NCBI GenBank assembly: GCA_030637655.1
Contig: DAOWGI010000113.1
Location: 1 to 25,024, forward strand
DNA length: 25,024 nt
Direction of reading: 5' to 3'
From: a candidate division FCPU426 bacterium
GTDB lineage: Bacteria > Oederibacteriota > JAAXVQ01 > JAUVAV01
Made by a program: the position numbers and the translations under genes. Below the pieces are notes generated by a model. That model saw only the letters and a program-made list of their open reading frames with translations, searched no databases and was not told the DNA's origin. How positions within the stretch are numbered: the stretch's first letter is position 1; each line of letters begins with the position of its first letter. This document shows, one piece after another, positions 22,269 through 25,024 of the stretch.

Positions 22269-24884
22269 TGCATACACCGAGCCAATCCGGCCACCCATAC
22301 CGATTCAATCCGGCCACTTTTTGAGGAATGTCAGACATAGCGATCAGTACTCAAAATAACCACTTTTTTATCCAGCCTTCTGAACAAAAATAAGCACAAG
22401 AATAAAAAATCAAACATACTATTTCCTCCCTAATCACTCCTTGGTTCGTTATAGGCTTTGGAGAAAATCTTACGGTTACAACCCGTATTTCTGGAGGAAT
22501 AGATCATGTGTAAGGAAAGGATTACGATGAGAAAAATCAAAGAGATTTTGAGGTTCAAGCACAACAATAATCTTTCGGGACGGAAAATTGCAAAAATCTG
22601 TGTTACTGGTAGAACAACAGTGCAAGACTATATCCGGCGCTTTGAAGCTTCACCATTAACATGGCCATTACCGGAAAGCATGACAGATGAAGAATTGGAA
22701 AAGCAGTTATTCCCTCCTAATAAAAATTCTGAAAACAACAATCGCGTGCCATTAGATTTTCCCTATCTTGTTTCTGAGCTTTCACGTCCCGATGTAACCA
22801 AAGAAGTTCTTTGGTCAGAATACAAACAAGCTGATCCTGATGGCTATGGCTACAGTCGTTTTTGTGATCTCCTGCGAGATTATCAAAAAAGGCTGCATTA
22901 TAGTTTGCGTCAGGACCACATTGCCGGAGAAAAAGTTTTTCTGGATTTCGGGAAAGGTCTTAATCTCATCAATCCTGCTACCGGTGAAAGAATTTCCACT
23001 CAGTTATTTGTTGCTGCTTGGGGCGTTTCTAATTACACCTTTGCCTGTGCTGTATTGCATCAGGATTTGGCTTCCTGGATTAGGGGCAATGTTGCATCAC
23101 TTAACTTTTTTGGCGTTTGTCCAAAAATCGAAGTGCCGGACAATTTGAAAGCTGCTGTAAATAAACCTTGTCGCTACGAACCGGAAGTGCATCCCACGTT
23201 TGTCGAATTTTCCCGTCACTATGGCACCATGATCATGCCGGCCAGGCCACGCAAGCCCAAGGACAAAGCCAAGGTTGAAACTGCAGTTAAGCTTGCTAAA
23301 CGATGGATACTGGCAAGATTGCGTAATGAGATTTTCACCTCTTTAGCTGATATGAATCAGGCCATCATGGAATTATTGAAACGTTTCAATCAAAAGCTGA
23401 TGAAAAAAATCGGCAAAAGCCGACTTGAACTTTTTGAACATCTGGATAAGCCCAATGCCTTAACTCTTCCGGATAAACCTTTTGAGTACGCAGACTGGAA
23501 ACCTGTCAAACCCGGACCTAGCTATCACGTGGAATATGACCATCACTATTATTCAGTGCCTTACACCTTTATCCGTCAGACGCTGGAAGTGAGAGCAACA
23601 GATACAGTAATCGAAATTTTATTTAAAGGACAACGGATATGTTCCCACGCCCGCAGCTATAAGCAACAGGAGTATACAACGGTCCGTGACCATATGCCTG
23701 TAGCCCACCAAAAGTATCTGGAGTGGACACCAGATCGGATCATAGCACAGGCTAAAAAATATGGCGAGGCTGCCGGCTTACTGGTAGAAAATATTTTCTC
23801 TCGTTCAAAATATCCAGAACAAGCATCGCGTACTTGTCTTGGTATTATTCGCCTGGTCAAAAACTTTTCAGAGGACCGCCTCAATAATGCTTGCCAACGG
23901 GCATTGGATTACCACATCTACACTTATCGAGGACTACAAAATATTTTGAGTAAAAATTTGGATCAACATACAGAAGAAACCACGACCTCATCAACACCGT
24001 CTCATGAAAATATTCGTGGAGCACAGTATTACAATTTGGAACAGGAGGAGGTGACTATCCACTAATATCAGGGGTAGGACACCCCCTTTTTACCCCACAG
24101 GCAAGAATATTCAATAGAAGCCATCCTGGGGGCTTTTTTTAAACCCACGATGGACTAAACCGAACAAGGAGTGTACGAACATGTTAATTGAAGAAACTGT
24201 AAGAAAAATGCAAGACCTGAAATTGTTCGCGATGGCCCAGGCTTTCGTCGAAAAAAAAGACCGCCCTGATCACCAGGATTTGTCAGTAGAAGATTTTGTC
24301 AGCCTGATCGTTGATGAAGAACATATCCATCGGCAATACCTTAAACAAACTCGCATGCTTAAACAAGCACGTCTCAAACTATCTGCAGCCTGCCTTGAGG
24401 ATGTTGATTACCGTCATCCTCGTGGCTTGATAAAAAGCAAAATCGTTCAGCTTCAAAATCTTAACTGGCTTAACGATCATCACAACCTACTCATCAGCGG
24501 GCCTACTGGGGTAGGCAAAACTTACCTGGCTTGTGCCTTCGGACAATGGGCCTGCAGGCATGGTCACTCAACACTTTACTTCCGCTCATCCAGACTTTTT
24601 GGTGATCTTTTAGCTGCTAAGGGTGAAGGTACTTATCTCAATCATCTTAAAAAATTGGGCAAAACTAAATTGCTTATTATTGACGATTTTGGTCTTCATG
24701 CCATGTCCAACTCAGACCGCAAAGATTTTATGGAAGTGATTGAAGAGAGATACATGACAGGTTCTACTGTCATTGCAAGTCAACTGCCCATTAAACATTG
24801 GCATGAATTTATAAGTGATGCGACTATGGCTGATGCTATTCTCAACCGTCTGTTTCACGTATCTCATAAATTCGAAATGAAGGG
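22269..24884 (+). mobile_element. IS21-family insertion sequence, right end missing or displaced
   Basis: Left end TGCATAC-ACCGAGCCAATCCGGCCAC-CCAT-ACCGATTCAATCCGGCCAC (TG terminus, tandem 19-mers with 23-bp period), followed by istA and istB; no matching right IR in the window. Confidence 0.88.
22506..24065 (+). CDS. istA: IS21-family DDE transposase
   Basis: N-terminal HTH (MRKIKEILR..SGRKIA), GYGYSRFC, LDFG / PDNLKAAV / PKDKAKVETAV DDE triad, HYYSVP, HENIRGAQYY. Confidence 0.95.
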   Translation: MCKERITMRKIKEILRFKHNNNLSGRKIAKICVTGRTTVQDYIRRFEASPLTWPLPESMTDEELEKQLFPPNKNSENNNRVPLDFPYLVSELSRPDVTKEVLWSEYKQADPDGYGYSRFCDLLRDYQKRLHYSLRQDHIAGEKVFLDFGKGLNLINPATGERISTQLFVAAWGVSNYTFACAVLHQDLASWIRGNVASLNFFGVCPKIEVPDNLKAAVNKPCRYEPEVHPTFVEFSRHYGTMIMPARPRKPKDKAKVETAVKLAKRWILARLRNEIFTSLADMNQAIMELLKRFNQKLMKKIGKSRLELFEHLDKPNALTLPDKPFEYADWKPVKPGPSYHVEYDHHYYSVPYTFIRQTLEVRATDTVIEILFKGQRICSHARSYKQQEYTTVRDHMPVAHQKYLEWTPDRIIAQAKKYGEAAGLLVENIFSRSKYPEQASRTCLGIIRLVKNFSEDRLNNACQRALDYHIYTYRGLQNILSKNLDQHTEETTTSSTPSHENIRGAQYYNLEQEEVTIH

Positions 24885-24924
24885 TGATCAGCGTCAATTA
24901 TATTTTCCCTCTAACGATAATTAA
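24181..24924 (+). CDS. istB: IS21-family helper AAA+ ATPase, C-terminus replaced by foreign sequence
   Basis: Walker A GPTGVGKT, Walker B LLIIDDFG, SQLP..WH, ADAILNRL; ends MKGDQRQLYF rather than the usual LxGxSxR. Confidence 0.92.
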   Translation: MLIEETVRKMQDLKLFAMAQAFVEKKDRPDHQDLSVEDFVSLIVDEEHIHRQYLKQTRMLKQARLKLSAACLEDVDYRHPRGLIKSKIVQLQNLNWLNDHHNLLISGPTGVGKTYLACAFGQWACRHGHSTLYFRSSRLFGDLLAAKGEGTYLNHLKKLGKTKLLIIDDFGLHAMSNSDRKDFMEVIEERYMTGSTVIASQLPIKHWHEFISDATMADAILNRLFHVSHKFEMKGDQRQLYFPSNDN

Positions 24925-25024
24925 AATTTCCGGTTTTTAGATGCTGCAATTACCCCCTTTCCTTGATTTTTCGATCTTTGGCCGTGGTCATGCGATAACT
25001 GGGTATATTAAGCTCAAGAATAAC
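24885..25024 (-). mobile_element. Right end of a second IS21-family element in inverted orientation
   Basis: TGATCAGCGTCAATTATATTTTCCC-TC-TAACGATAATTAAAATTTCCG (TG terminus, tandem repeat with 23-bp period) directly downstream of an IstB C-terminus on the minus strand. Confidence 0.75.
24950..25024 (-). CDS. istB: C-terminal fragment of a second IstB (partial at window edge)
   Basis: Minus-strand frame VILELNIPSYRMTTAKDRKIKERG*, resembling the IstB C-terminal (HH)SVILELNxxSYR motif. Confidence 0.7.
   Translation of the reverse strand, partial: VILELNIPSYRMTTAKDRKIKERG

Noticed and set aside
1611-24897. Many 60-150 aa antisense or out-of-frame ORFs in the ORF track
   Set aside because: They lie wholly or largely within well-supported genes and lack motifs; shadow ORFs.

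Overview
Bacterial anaerobe-type energy-metabolism locus flanked by mobile DNA. A 16-gene + strand operon (1410-13801) encodes a membrane-bound group 4 [NiFe]-hydrogenase (NuoH/B/C/D/I-like core, intact RICGIC and DPCxxC Ni-ligand motifs) with a full Mrp-type cation/H+ antiporter module. It is headed by an AsrA/AsrB (sulfhydrogenase beta/gamma, Flx-like) FAD/NAD(P) module and a HycB-type 4x[4Fe-4S] adaptor, so it is a candidate NAD(P)H-linked ion-translocating hydrogenase. Convergent to it is a two-gene [FeFe]-hydrogenase (HydA plus a fused NuoE-NuoF subunit) carrying the signatures of non-bifurcating NADH-dependent enzymes. Two tandem paralogous multi-TM/GAF histidine kinases follow, and the first lacks its ATPase domain. 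An IS21 element (istA/istB) at the right end is clipped by a second, inverted IS21. The left end holds a decayed group IIC intron 5' end behind a terminator and an internally deleted IS21 relic. Intergenic spaces contain GTAG..CTAC REP-like palindromes and two copies of a nested MITE, each inserted in a stop codon. All calls come from manual motif reading; no searches were run.
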